This document shows positions 1 through 12,619 of a stretch of 64,000 nt of DNA, piece after piece; the first letter of the stretch is position 1, and each line of letters opens with the position of its first letter. The DNA is from Octopus bimaculoides. Taxonomy: Eukaryota. The position numbers and the translations under genes are program-made. Under the pieces are notes generated by a model. That model was not told the DNA's origin and made no database searches. It saw only the letters and a program-made list of their open reading frames with translations. The stretch is taken from contig NC_068989.1 of the NCBI RefSeq assembly GCF_001194135.2, forward strand, positions 72,056,064-72,120,063, given 5' to 3'.

Positions 1-1242
1 ATACCTTTGACCCCTGAAACTAATACACCTTGTACTTATGGCCAAAAGTACTCATGTAGAATTAAGAAGACATATCAAAGTCATTCAATCAAGAACCAAA
101 CTAAAATCATAAATAGGTTTACTTTCCAAAAGTGTATATAGAGCAATTCCCACCTACTTAACATACTACTGAAATATATACTATTCTGACTTCTCAGTTT
201 CTCAGATTATATTTCTAATCCGTTTTAATTGTTCACACGTTTTTTTTTTTAGTCACAAGTAGTAATAGCACAAAGAAAAGCGAAAATCAATCAAGACCAG
301 TAATAGTCAACAACATAAATTAAAATGTTAATTTCACACTTAGAATTCAAAGACATATTTGACAGCTATCAAATATGTCTTTAAAACAGAGACACCAACA
401 GGGACTGAAATTAAACTCTAAGACAAAGACACACTTTCGATGCTAACATAATAAACATATCAGTAAATGCAATAAGAAATATGTAAAGCTCAATGAAAAG
501 AATCTGCTTCCAACACATGCGCTCCAACAGGAGAAAGATTTGATTAAAATTATTTCTACTTGGCTTAGTTTTGTTTATGGTGGCAGATTGCTAAGCCCTC
601 ACTTTTTTTAAGGTCTGATTATGACCAAATGTTGGATAACAGTGAAATTTCTATTACACAATAATTTATATGAATATAATATTTATATGAATATCAATGT
701 ATTTAATTAAGTAAATGTATGTCATTTTTTACATAGTTAACCACAAAGGATTTGATATGAAAATTGAATCATTAATATGGACATATTTTCAAGTCAAATG
801 GAGTCAATAATATGGACATGTTATCAAATCAGATTGGGATAACTCAGACTGTTAATCAGAATAGCAGACAGATTTCACTAAAATGCCTGCTGTTCAGGTT
901 GAGTAGTACCAGTCAAGTCTATTTGGATAGACTTATCAGCACAGAAGTTGCTAGGTTCAAGTTCACATACAAGATGTGTTTCAAATCGGTCTGACATCAC
1001 TAATCAATGAGTAATTGTGGGGTAAGCATGTCAAGTGGCATTCTGTTTTATATTGTGGATGCTATCCTAAGAATTTATGACTAGTTTTAGTCTCATCTAT
1101 GAAGATGTAAAGAAAATTATTCAGCTGAACAAACTTTATAGATGTTCTTGTTGGTAAAACATCATAAAATTTGCAAATGGAACCAAACAACAAGAATTTG
1201 TGCAAAATTGCCTCACTGCAGAGAGGAAAGAATAATATATCA

Positions 1243-1450
1243 TTAACCCTTGTAATACCAATCTGCCAGAGACAACCTATTTCTATGACACAAACTTCCC
1301 GTTTTAAAGTGATTTATATTAAGATGTTCTGTTAAAATTTCATATTTATAAAGACAAAGTTATTTTACTAAATTCTTCATGATTTTAAAAATTAATTGAA
1401 AGAAAGGCAGTGTATTTCAGATGAAACATGGTACTGAATTCGGAAAAGGA
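1243..1450. mobile_element. Degenerate TTAA-CCC MITE (piggyBac-like non-autonomous)
   Basis: Begins TTAACCCTT; internal similarity to copies at 9713, 54320 and 56069 (ttattttactaaat, tgtatttca); right end decayed. Confidence 0.5.
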
Positions 1451-2052
1451 GAACCAATAATTCTATATTGTTCATCCACTTTATACATCAAATAGTTGCT
1501 ATGCTAACAAGAACAAATGTAGTCAGGAAATATCAATAGAAAAAGATATTTCTGCAGTAAGAGGCCATATATTGTTTACCAATGAAAAATATTATAATTG
1601 AGGAAATCCCCACTCTCCTTTTGCATATTACAGAATACTAGCAGATTAACTGATTAAGAGATATTCTTAAACAAAATTCTGTCCTAATACTTATAAAGTT
1701 CCATAAAGTTGCATTCTTTTTGCAAGAAGCAAGATTCATAATACATTGTGTTAAAAGCAAATAAAAGAAAATGCAATATTACAAAGAGAGTATATATTAG
1801 TTCTTATAAGCTGAACACACACATTTATATTTATATAAATATACACTAACATACAAATCTTAAAGAATTTGCATTCCATATTTGTTGCTTGTATGTGAAG
1901 TAGTTAAGTACTGTAGATTAAAATTATAAACCAGCTCCTTGTTTTTTTCCCTTTTTTTTCTTTTCCTTTTTTGGTGATGATTAAAATAATTCAGAAAAAA
2001 TACTCAGCCAATTAGAAAAAGAATTGCCATTCTTTGACACAACAACACTTAC

Positions 2053-2189
2053 ATATTGATGCTTTCTGTTCAACAGTCTGCCGTTTCTTCTGTTGGCTGT
2101 TTATCATTTCTTTCTCCTTCTGTTTCTTGTTTCGGTAAATAGAAACTAAGTCCTCATCAGGAGCATCTTCAGGTACAATACGGATGTTT
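2053..2189 (-). CDS. FHOD3: FHOD linker exon, 137 nt, phase 2 to 1: NIRIVPEDAPDEDLVSIYRNKKQKEKEMINSQQKKRQTVEQKASI
   Basis: Acceptor cttttgtcttccaacacag, donor gtaagt; open in the expected frame with coding-like purine-rich composition; no remembered homology. Confidence 0.75.
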
Positions 2190-2924
2190 CTGTGTTGGAA
2201 GACAAAAGTGATAAATTAGTAGGAGGAAAAAAAAAAAGAATCAGCATAATCTAAGGCAGTGCTCCAGCATGGTCACAGTCAAATGACTGAAACAAGTCAA
2301 AGAAAGTAAAAGAATAACTTTAATTCCTTTAAATCAATAAAGTTGATCAATCAGTTCATAGTGTATACAGTTTTTATCTTATTTTAAAATTTAAGAACAG
2401 ATTAATTGAAATTATAGGTAAAAGTGATGGAAAAATCTGATGAGAAATATCTACATTTTTCATGTTGCTTTGCATGTTACATGGTAACCTGACTAGTGCT
2501 GGTATCATGATAAAAAGCATCCAGTACACTCTGCAAAGTGGTTAGCATTCTATAGGATATCTAATCACAGAAACCATGCCAAAGCAGACAATGAAGTTTG
2601 ACACAGATAACTTATTGGATCCTGTTGAACCATTTAACCCAAGCCAGCACAGAAGACAGAAGTTAAATCATGGTGACCATAATAATAAATAAATCATTGC
2701 TTTGAAATGGACACCTGATTCATAGCTGATTGGTTTAAACCTGATCTTTTCTTGCAAGAATCAAGTTTGCTTGATAATAAAATGGTTCTACTATAGCTAA
2801 ACTCCAGAGAATTTATTGGTCATGGTAAGGAATCTTAGCAAGATAATCTCATTGTATGAAGCTGGGTATTTTTGAGAAATTCTTGATCAAGCATTTACCA
2901 CTGATATATATAATCAGTAAGGGA

Positions 2925-3515
2925 ACGGGGCCTAGTGGTTAGGGTGTTGCACTCATGATTGTGAGACCTGGCAGTGCGTTGTGTTCTTCATCTCGAGTTG
3001 CTCTGCAATCACTTTCACATCTGACATGTGGCACGCCATGCATGCGTACAAGTAACATTGATTGGACGAAGGGAGTGATCTAATGTGCAGCACAAACATT
3101 TAATAACAACAAACAAATCATCTCTGCAGGTTGTTTGTTCAGCAAGAAACTGCAGAACCATCTTTCTCTCAGACTTGAGAGACTGACACTCCATCGGTTA
3201 TGACAATGAGGGTTCCAGTTGATCTAATTCAATGGAACAGCCTGCTCATGAAATTCACATGCAAATGGTTGAGCACTCCACTGACAAGTGTACCCTTAAC
3301 ATAGTCCTCAGGGAGATTCAGCATGACACAGAATGTGAGAAGGCTGGCCCTTTGAATTACAGGTACTACTCATTTTTGCCAGCTGAGTGGACGGGAGCAA
3401 TATGAAATAAAGTGTCTTGCTCAAGGACACAATGCATCACCGGGCATTAAACTCATGACCTTATGATTGTGAACTGAATACCTTCAACCAATAAGTGGTG
3501 CACCTTCACTACTTG
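2925..3515. mobile_element. Two adjacent tRNA-derived SINEs: + copy about 2925-3190 and - copy about 3190-3515
   Basis: A-box-like ggcctagtggttagg head; the second copy is the reverse complement of the family seen at 40390 (gagcaggctgttcc, caactggaaccc). Confidence 0.7.
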
Positions 3516-3759
3516 AGAGACTACCATTATATAATCAGCAGTAAATTTCTTTTATGCTTCAATGAAAGCCACAAAAAAATTGGTTGTATCTAATATTGAG
3601 TAATAAACATTATTGTCTTAGTTCTGTGCCAGATTCAATTCAATCATATTAAAAACATTGAAGAAAATAATTACATCTACAGAGCAGTCTTCAGAACGCA
3701 GTATATTTAATTTGTACTCTTTATATATGTGCAGTTGAAACAAAATTTGAAATACTTAC

Positions 3760-3906
3760 TGCATCTCTTTCATTTTCTTTTCCTTATACTCTTCAGCACC
3801 TTTCATTTTACTCAAAGTAGACTCAGGTGGGGCAAACCTTGGGCTCTTATATTTTGCATATCTGCGGCTCTTTCGTTCTTCTTCACATGGAACTCTTGGT
3901 ACAAGT
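3760..3906 (-). CDS. FHOD3: FHOD linker exon, 147 nt, symmetric phase 2 to 2: (R)LVPRVPCEEERKSRRYAKYKSPRFAPPESTLSKMKGAEEYKEKKMKEM(Q)
   Basis: Acceptor ttttttttcaatatgaacatttag, donor gtaagt; open in the frame left by the previous exon; RKSRR resembles the post-FH3 basic motif of FHODs. Confidence 0.8.
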
Positions 3907-4299
3907 CTAAATGTTCATATTGAAAAAAAAGCAAGTTAAAATTGATCCAGCAAAGACAATTTAATCTATAAGAAAAAGAAATTAAATAATTTTAAGGTTG
4001 TGTGACAGCATGGTTGTAACCTGATTGCTAGAACCAGTAAAAGGATATAATAAATAAAACATCCTGGTTTGAAAGAAATGAAGTTGTACTAGTTATTTCA
4101 CAAAGTTAACATTAAATGTTTGATCAATAACAAAAATCTTTTATTTTGAACCTCCAAAACTGATTAATCCTAAGAATTTATTTTTCAATTCAGAAAGGTA
4201 CGTTATTCATTATTCATTATGGATGGTTTAAAATTGAAGGTGAGCACAGAATAAATGAAACCAACACAAAGTAAATGAATATATAGAAATCCATGCTGG

Positions 4300-4700
4300 T
4301 ATGGCTGTGTGGTGAAGAAGTTTGTTTCTCAACCACAAGGGTTTAGGTTCAGTTTCACTGCATGGCATCTTGGGCTAATGTCTTCATCTATAACCCTGGG
4401 CTAGCCAAAGCATTGTCAGTGGATTTGGTAGACGGAAACTAAAAGAAGCCTGTTGTACATATATATATGAATATATGTATTTGAGTCTATTTGTCTTGAC
4501 ATCACATAATAGTTGTAAACAAGTATCTATTGTGTTTAGTCTTTTATGGAAGTGTGTTACACAAAGGGGAAATATTGTCTTGCTTGGAAACAGGTGAGGG
4601 TTGGCAACAGGAAGGGCATTCTTCCATATAAAATCTGCCTCAACAAATCCAGCCTGATCCAAGCAAGCATGGAAAATTGGATGTCAAAACGATAATGAGG
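4300..4700 (+). mobile_element. tRNA-derived SINE with internal (TA/TG)n microsatellite
   Basis: Head ggctgtgtggtgagaag...ggttcagt; core gtggatttggtagacggaaactaaaagaagcc, shared with many copies in the window. Confidence 0.75.
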
Positions 4701-4817
4701 GCAATATGCATGCATTTGTTAAAATGTTTAAAATTACTCTTAATTTAGTCATGATTTTATAAAAGCTTATGAAGTGTTTAAAAAAAAGAAGAAAAAAGCA
4801 CTAGTCACTTCACTTAC

Positions 4818-4879
4818 CGAAGGCTTCCCATTTGGCTGATTTCAAAACCATCATTGCCATCTTCATGTCGTAAAGCAAT
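4818..4879 (-). CDS. FHOD3: FHOD exon, 62 nt, phase 0 to 2: IALRHEDGNDGFEISQMGSL(R)
   Basis: Acceptor aactttcacag, donor gtaagt; ALRHEDG marks the end of the FH3 region. Confidence 0.92.
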
Positions 4880-4918
4880 CTGTGAAAGTTAAATTCAAAA
4901 TAAAATCTATCACTATAA

Positions 4919-4953
<35 letters not shown>

Positions 4954-5003
4954 NNNNNNNNNNNNNNNNNNNNNNNNNNNNNNNNNNNNNNNNNNNNNNN
5001 NNN

Positions 5004-5045
<42 letters not shown>

Positions 5046-5481
5046 TGTATATATGTTTGGTTTTAATTTCCAGTTATATGTAACAAGAAACAATCATCAA
5101 GTTATAAAACAATATATGAGATTGTTGTTCAAAGCTTTCTCCATACATTGGGTCCAATTCATCAAATAACATAGCCCAGGTAGTAAGCAGTCAGTGAATG
5201 GAGTCTACATCCCTGGGTTCAATTCTAAGACAATGTAGCTAAATTTTATTTATTTCATCATCAAAGGCAAACATGGGTATTGGTGAACCAGCAAAGTAGC
5301 CTCTATATAGTCACTTAATCTGCTAGAAATAGCAGCAAATTCTGCCTCATACACTATCTTCTTTAAAAAAACAAGAAAGGACACATCTGATAATGTTATA
5401 AATACAATATTTTTGAAAATCAACTCTGATTAGAATGTTTTATCAATTTTCAAGGTGAAAGCTTTCAATCCTACAACTTAC

Positions 5482-5625
5482 ATCATAATTCTGAAATTGC
5501 TTCATCAACTCTTCATCGGTTCCCTTCTTTCTCATGTGTTTCTTCGTGATACGTTCCATACCAAGTTCTTCCAGAGCATCACTGACATCATAGAATGTAT
5601 CTTGATCAGGAATGGCATATAACAC
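5482..5625 (-). CDS. FHOD3: FHOD exon, 144 nt, phase 0 to 0: VLYAIPDQDTFYDVSDALEELGMERITKKHMRKKGTDEELMKQFQNYD
   Basis: Acceptor tttgcttctttgcag, donor gtaagt; PDQDxFYDVxDALE motif. Confidence 0.96.
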
Positions 5626-5819
5626 CTGCAAAGAAGCAAACAAAACAGTTTTGTAAGATAAGTGTGTAGATGTGTGTATGTAATGTTTGGCATCAAGAAG
5701 GGCGTCCAGGCATAGAATATTGCCAACTCATGCCAGTGTGAAACAAGAGGAAATGAAAAGGATGAAAATGATTAACCTTCATTCGTGGAGATGAAAATTT
5801 TTTAAATAACACACTCTCT

Positions 5820-6215
5820 CTCTCTCTCTTTTAATATTTTACTTGTTTCAGTCATTTGACTGTGGCCATGCTGGAGCACCATCTTTAATCGAGCAAATCG
5901 ACCCCAGAACTTATTCTTTGTAAGCCTAGTACTTATTGTATCGGTCTTCTTTTGCTGAACCGCTAAGTTACGGGGACGTAAACACACCAGCATCGGATGT
6001 CAAGTGATGTCAAACATATACACACACATATATACATACATATATACGACTGGCTTCTTTTCAGTTTCCGTCTACCAAATCCACTCACAAGGCTTTGGTC
6101 GGCCCAAGGTTATAGTAGAAGACACTTGCCCCAGGTGCCAAGCAGTGGGACTGAACCTGGAGCCATGTGGTTCATTAGCAAGCTACTTACCACCCAGCCA
6201 CTCCTATGCCTATGT
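5820..6215 (-). mobile_element. SINE, same microsatellite-containing family
   Basis: cagtcatttgactgtggccatgctggagcac ... ggcttctttcagtttccgtctaccaaatccactcacaaggc ... gaacctggagccatgtgg; related copies at about 15900-16270, 20500-20920, 26130-26420, 31500-31890 (-) and 60970-61420 (+). Confidence 0.8.
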
Positions 6216-7302
6216 GTAACATAATTTTTGTCCTTGGGTAGCAATTGTTATTTCCTATTTGCTTACCCCTAGAAAGTATGCTTTTGTTACAGTTATTCAA
6301 ACCCCAAAGAATCCCTTTCAAAACATGACTTTGATGCTTCTCCATTACGCCTGCTTATGATCAGAGATGCACATATCATCAGCCACTAAGGGTCATGCTA
6401 AAGTGATTATGGTCAAGTAACTGACAAGCAAATCTGTGGCATTGAGCAGAATATTTGCTATAATGATATTTCTGCTTCAGCAACACAGCACTGAGTCTGT
6501 CTGAAATGTAATGGGAAATAGGTCAGCTTCAAAACATTGATGTCCAAATCACAAAAGTAAAGTTTGAAGGGAATAGCAGTCATTTCCTTTGATTTCTAGA
6601 CAGAAGCAAATAGGAAATAATTCTTACTGACCAAAGACAAAATAAATGAAATAAATAGATAGACAGATAAAAATTTTATTACATAGTGTAATATTTACAT
6701 CTACATTACATTTTGATCAGTTTGACCTCTGATCATCATGAGGTATGTTATTTCTGGAGGTGCACAAAGTACTAAGAAATATGTCAATGGTCTTATAAAA
6801 ATGTCATTACTTAGTTTATAGGCATAAAATTCCTAGTTCTTCAAGTTCAACCCAGTACCATGTACATATTCAAGAATAAAACGCCTAACAATGATCATAG
6901 ACGCATTCAAGATAGAGTAGATATATTTTTTTAAAAAATAGTTGTTAGCCCCTAAAATTATAATTACAATTATATTATTTTACCCATGCCAGCATGGAAG
7001 GCAGATGTTAAACGATGATGATGAAGATGATGATGATTACAATTGCTTCATTTTAAATTAATGTTTTACTGATGATAACAAAGAAATTGAAAAAGAAGTT
7101 GTCATTTATATAATAGTTTAAATATATAAATACTAAATATAGCAATTATGTAGAAATCAATTAATTACAGATTTTTGGTTTTGTAAGTTTTTTTCTTTTG
7201 TTTCCATTTATAATAAGGTTTTCTCTTGAGCAAACTATGAAATGTGATAGCTCTTAGTACTCTCAAGCTGAACAACATAAATCAAAGGTCTGGTTCACAT
7301 AC

Positions 7303-7397
7303 CTTATTGATAAGGGTCATAGCATAATTTAAAAGCTCAGAATCTGACCCGCCTTTTTCATCCAGAATATTCATGACGTTTGTCCATGGTTTCGCCC
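7303..7397 (-). CDS. FHOD3: FHOD exon, 95 nt, phase 1 to 0: (G)AKPWTNVMNILDEKGGSDSELLNYAMTLINK
   Basis: Acceptor cttttctctatgtttag, donor gtatgt; PWxN...LxEK...DxELLxYAMTLINK motif; not in the ORF track. Confidence 0.95.
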
Positions 7398-7699
7398 CTA
7401 AACATAGAGAAAAGTAAAACATAAATAAAATATAAACATCTATGATAGTGATAATTATTTCTAAGGTAGCTATTACAGAATAGAAGTTCTTAGACGTTTA
7501 TTAATGAACTTTAACGAACAATATTATTAAAATAAATATCGATGCTTAATATTCAAAGAAGCTTTTTTTTTTAGTATATTAAATAATATTAAAAATTTAT
7601 TTAGAAACTAATACATAAAATATATCTAATATCTTTTCTTTTTCGATAGATCATTCACAACATGAAAATTTTCAACCTTTTTGTGAAGACATCAGTCTC

Positions 7700-8890
7700 T
7701 CATAACGAAAAGATATACAGGCACAAGATCTGAAATTTGGGTGGAGGGGCAAAGTCGATTACATTGACCCCAGTGTTCAAATGGAACTCATTTCATCGAC
7801 CCCAAAAGGATGAAAGGCAAAGTTGACCTCAGAACGTGAAGAGAGACAAAAAGTCGCTAAGCAATTTTCCCAGTGTGCTAATGACTCAGCCAGCTCACTG
7901 CCTTAATAACTCTTTCTGTTATAGGTGCAAGGCCTGAAAAATTTGTGGGAGGTGTACAGTCAATTACACTGGCCCCAGTGCTCAACTTGTATTTATTTCA
8001 TTAATCCTGAAAGGATGAAAAGCAAAGTCGACTTCAGCAAAATTTGAACTCGGAACATGGATGAAATGCTGCTAAGTAATTTGCCTGGTGTGCTAATGAT
8101 TCTGTGAGGTCACCACCTTAATAATAATGATGATAATAATAATAATAAATAAATAAATAATAATCCTTTTTACTACAGGCACAAGACCTGAAATTTTGTG
8201 GGAGGAGATCAGTTAATTACATTGAACCCAGCACTCAACTGGTACTTAATCTATCAACCCCGAAAGGATGAAAGACAAAGTTGACTCGGCGGAATTTGAA
8301 CTCAGAATGTAAAGACAGAGGAAATAGCACTAAGAATTTCATCCACCATACTAATGATTCCAGCTTGCCGCCTTAACAATAACAACAATAATAATAATAA
8401 TAACCCTTTCTACTATAAGCACAAGGCCTGAAATTTTGGGGGAGGGGACCAGTCAATTATATCAACCCCAGTGTGTAACTGGTACTTAGTTTACTGACCC
8501 TGAAAGGATGAAAGGCAAAGCTGACCCTGGAGGCATTTGAATTCAGAACGTGAAGACAGACAAAATACTGCTAAGCATTTCGCCTGGCATGCTAATGTTT
8601 CTTATTTCTTTATTGCCCACAAGGGGCTAAACATAGAGGGGACAAACAAGGACAGACAAACGGATTAAGTTGATTATATCGATCCCAGTGCATAACTGGT
8701 ACTTATTCAATTGACCCTGAGAGGATGAAAGGTAAAGTCGACCTCGGCGGAATTTGAACTCAGAACGTAGCGGCAGACGAAATACCGCTAAGCATTTTGC
8801 CCGGTGTTCTAATGATTCCGCCAGCTCACTGCCTTTGCTAATGTTTCTGCCAACTTGCCACCTTAATAATAATAATAATAATAATAATAA
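7700..8890 (-). mobile_element. Head-to-tail array of about 5 AAT-associated SINEs, including a nested copy
   Basis: Repeated gaaaggatgaaaggcaaagtcgacctcggcggaatttgaactcagaac blocks separated by (AAT)n; 12-bp TSD GCTAATGTTTCT at 8591-8602 and 8837-8848. Confidence 0.85.
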
Positions 8891-9712
8891 AGGGATAGGG
8901 ATTTAAACAATTATTATATGGGTTAAACCTAACTAATATTTTTATAAAACCATAGTCTGTGAATGTTTATAAAGCAATTTGCAACACAAACTGCTAATTA
9001 CAATGTGAGTCAATTTGAATAATTATTTTTAAGTATAGCTTCTTTATTATGTAAGGAACATTATAGAAACTTAGTACAACAATGTCTTGATAAGCATAAA
9101 CTAAAAATAAGAATAAATAAATAAAAAGAAATTAAATTTTAGCCTGTGTCAGAAAATGGACAGCAGAAATAAAACTAAAAAAACTAAAGAAAAAAATAAA
9201 GAAAACAAGTGGAGAAAAATGATTTCACATTGTAAGATTCACAGCTTCATAGAAAAATTGACTGATGTACATTTTTCCCACGCTGTATAATAGACAGCCT
9301 CAAGTCAACAACCCAAGGCTAAAGGCCTTGACCTAATAGCCTTTATTATATTCAATAAAACTATATATATATATATGGGAGAATATACAAATAATAACAA
9401 CAGACGAGGACAGGTGATGTAAATAACAAAAGTATATATTAGTATGACGCTCGGGAATACGGAAAGTCTTTGACGGTTCGAGCTACGCTCTTCAACAGAA
9501 AGAATACGGAGACAAGGAGAAAAACACGGAGAAAAAAAATTGAATAGTGTTCAGTCAACGGTCAATCAATATATATATATATATACATACTCATACATAC
9601 ATATATATTTATGTATATATATGTACACACACAACATATCAAATTATTGAGTTCTTGGCATTAGTAAAAGTTAAAGGATTAGCTTTTCAGTGACTATCAC
9701 ATCAAACATATC

Positions 9713-9930
9713 TTCAACCCTTCTGTCACCATATTTCTGTTGAAATACTACACTGCCTTTGAATCAATTGATTTTGAAGATTAGAAAGAATTTGTCACTG
9801 TTAAGCTGATGTTTGGAACATAAATTAACACAAAATTTTGACAGATTTTGATTTAGACCACTTTAAACCAGTAAATTTATAGCACAGAATCAAGAGTGGT
9901 CTCAGGCAGGTTGGTCTCAAGAGGGTTGAA
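9713..9930. mobile_element. piggyBac-like MITE (TCAACCC...GGGTTGA)
   Basis: CCC/GGG termini with decayed TTAA; reverse-orientation homologue of the copies at 54320 and 56069. Confidence 0.6.
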
Positions 9931-11464
9931 TTGTTTTACCTGTCTTAGTTACTGAAGCAGTTCTACAATTCCTCTAATGAAAGAGCTAAAACGAGTTATT
10001 AAAACAGATGGCCAAGATTAACATCTTTATTAACAAAATCACAATTCTTGTACGTTTTTGTAATTTCATTTAGAATGTCAATTCTCACATTTATTATTAA
10101 GTTATTATATTACATTGTATCACTTACATTAATTACTTTTGATTTAGTCTTAATAACTAACGATATAAATAATTAATATTTATTTGTCATTAAAATCCAC
10201 CTGCATAAATATATATGACAGTGTGTTGGTAAAGTCACAATTTTCATACATAAAAAATTCCAGGCCTATTGATGTATACAGCTGATGTTAGTCACCTGTA
10301 TAACACCTTCAAGTGTGAGAAAATAATACACTTCTGGTACAAATGTACAGTGAGTGCTTAGTGTTCTTGCACTAAAGTACAAACAGACACTATTTATACA
10401 TGTATGGGTGTTGGTGTGTTGTTTTGATGTGCATACGTACACAAGATTATTATAAAGTTTTTATGCAATTTAAAATATAAGAAAAAACATATTTTTTCTT
10501 ATAACTTTAGTTCCATATATAATAAGAATTAATCTATGAATATCATTTAGAAGCATCTATTTTATAATTCATGCATCTTTTTTATTGTTATCAATAAAAA
10601 AAAACAACTTATATTCATTGCTTGGCAGCCATACTGGGGCACCACCTTGAAAAATTTTAGTTGCATGAATTGATCCCAATACTTATTACATTTTTTGTAA
10701 AGTCTGGTACTTATTCTATTAATTCCTTTTGCCAAACTGCTAAGTTATGGGGATACAACAACACCAATTGTTAAATGGTGGTAGGGGACAAATACAAAAC
10801 CACACACACATATGTGCTTGTGCCACATAAAACGCACTTAGTCCATTCTGCTGGGTGGTTGGTGTTAGGAAGGGCATCCAGCTGAAAAAAACCATGCCAA
10901 AACAGACACAGAAGTGTGGTGCAGGCTTGTGACTGGCTGGCTCCTATCAAACCATCTGATCCATGCCAGCATGAAAGGCAAAACGTTAAACGATGATGAT
11001 GATGATATATGTGCAATGTAGTTGAAAACAAACTATGATAGGAAAGAACATTACAAACAAACAATAGATAAATAAATACTGTAATCATCTCATGCAATTT
11101 GACTTCTAATAATAACAATAATTATAAATTAATAATTAGCATTTGTTATGAGGTGAAAGTGATTTTACATCATATCAGCTAACATATAGTAAACTCAAGT
11201 ACTCTATCCTTTTTTTTAAAAACTTTTTATCTTGACCAAATATTGAACAACTCGAAAAACAGCAACACAAATCCATTGTGAAGTGCTTTGCAAGCTAATA
11301 AACAATTCAAGGTAATCAGGTGTGTGTGTGTGTGTGTGTATGTGTGTTCCACTGACGATGGTAAATAAAGAAAACTTCAAATATGTCTCACCCACCAATA
11401 AATAGAATAAATAAAAGTAATAAGACAAATGCTAAAAATTCAATAAAAAATAAAACAAACTTAC

Positions 11465-11576
11465 CACGTTGTTTGTCCACATTATTGATCGCTCGAAGGA
11501 GTAGCTGGGTGTTTACCTCAGAGTATTCCACAAACACTAACAGTAACTTCAGGGCAGTTTTCACGACAAGTCTATG
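11465..11576 (-). CDS. FHOD3: FHOD exon, 112 nt, phase 0 to 1: HRLVVKTALKLLLVFVEYSEVNTQLLLRAINNVDKQR
   Basis: Acceptor ttctctgtttttgcag, donor gtaagt; RLVVKTALKLLLVFVEYSE is a hallmark FHOD FH3 motif. Confidence 0.97.
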
Positions 11577-11726
11577 CTGCAAAAACAGAGAACGAGTACA
11601 CATGTTGTAAGCGGGAACTCGACAAAGAAAACTGTCAGGGTCCTCTAGCACATTGGCTACCATAACTGCTGAATAGAAACCAAGACTGCTTCCCACAAAT
11701 AATCTACACAACTAATGTTTATATTA

Positions 11727-11769
<43 letters not shown>

Positions 11770-12197
11770 GCGTGCACACACACACACACACATGTATATA
11801 TGAGTGCATGTGTGTATATACTTTGAGTTAACTAATGCTGGAATGTCTATAAAAAGGGGAAGCCAGTAAATAGCCGGAAAACACTTGACAAAATCTCCTA
11901 CTCAAATCGGCTCCATTCCAGCACCATAAGAAGAATACATGGGAATTAAGAAGTGCTTTTGATCACTTACTATAAAAAGGATTTACGACTGTTACCAGGA
12001 AGAATGTGGTGACCGCAAACTACCGGAAGATTGAGGAAATATTAAGTAAGTCCCACTCCAATTTTAGCTATTTCTTTTTTTCTATAATAGTTTATACATT
12101 ATAAAATAAATAAATAAATAAATAGACATCTTTCTGTAAAAGTCAATGACCAAACAACCCTGTGAATATGTTAGTTCATTTCAGTGATGCTGGTTAT

Positions 12198-12415
12198 CCC
12201 TTTAGTGTTTAAACCGGCTATATCCGGCCCAAATAATCTACTCATTTTATGCCCAAACTGGCCAGAACCAGTATCTCACATCTACCCTGCAATGTCATTC
12301 GAAAAATAAACAATTACATCTCTCAAATCTTGAAGTTACAAGATAATACCAGATTAATTTTTTAAAGCGTACATGAATAAGGATTACTTTTGACATTAAT
12401 TTGAACACTAAAGGG
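12198..12415. mobile_element. MITE with TIR CCCTTTAGTGTT / AACACTAAAGGG
   Basis: Perfect 12-bp terminal inverted repeat; same family as 17889-18324. Confidence 0.75.
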
Positions 12416-12619
12416 TAGAGTTAGTAAAGTGTCAAGAAACTTTATTTTGTTAGGTCCCTTGAGGATCTGAATTTAAAACTTTCTGGAGTCAATCTTGTTT
12501 TTCATCTTTCTGAGATCAGTAAAATATATATCAGCCAATTGCTGGGTCAACATAACTGACTAAACTACTTCACCCCTGCGCCTATTATGAAATTATTAGC
12601 ATCATTATAATTATTATTA

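Noticed and set aside
7700-8890. CRISPR-like repeat-spacer reading of the SINE arrays
   Set aside because: Eukaryotic intron; units are about 200-bp diverged SINEs with microsatellite spacers, and there are no cas genes
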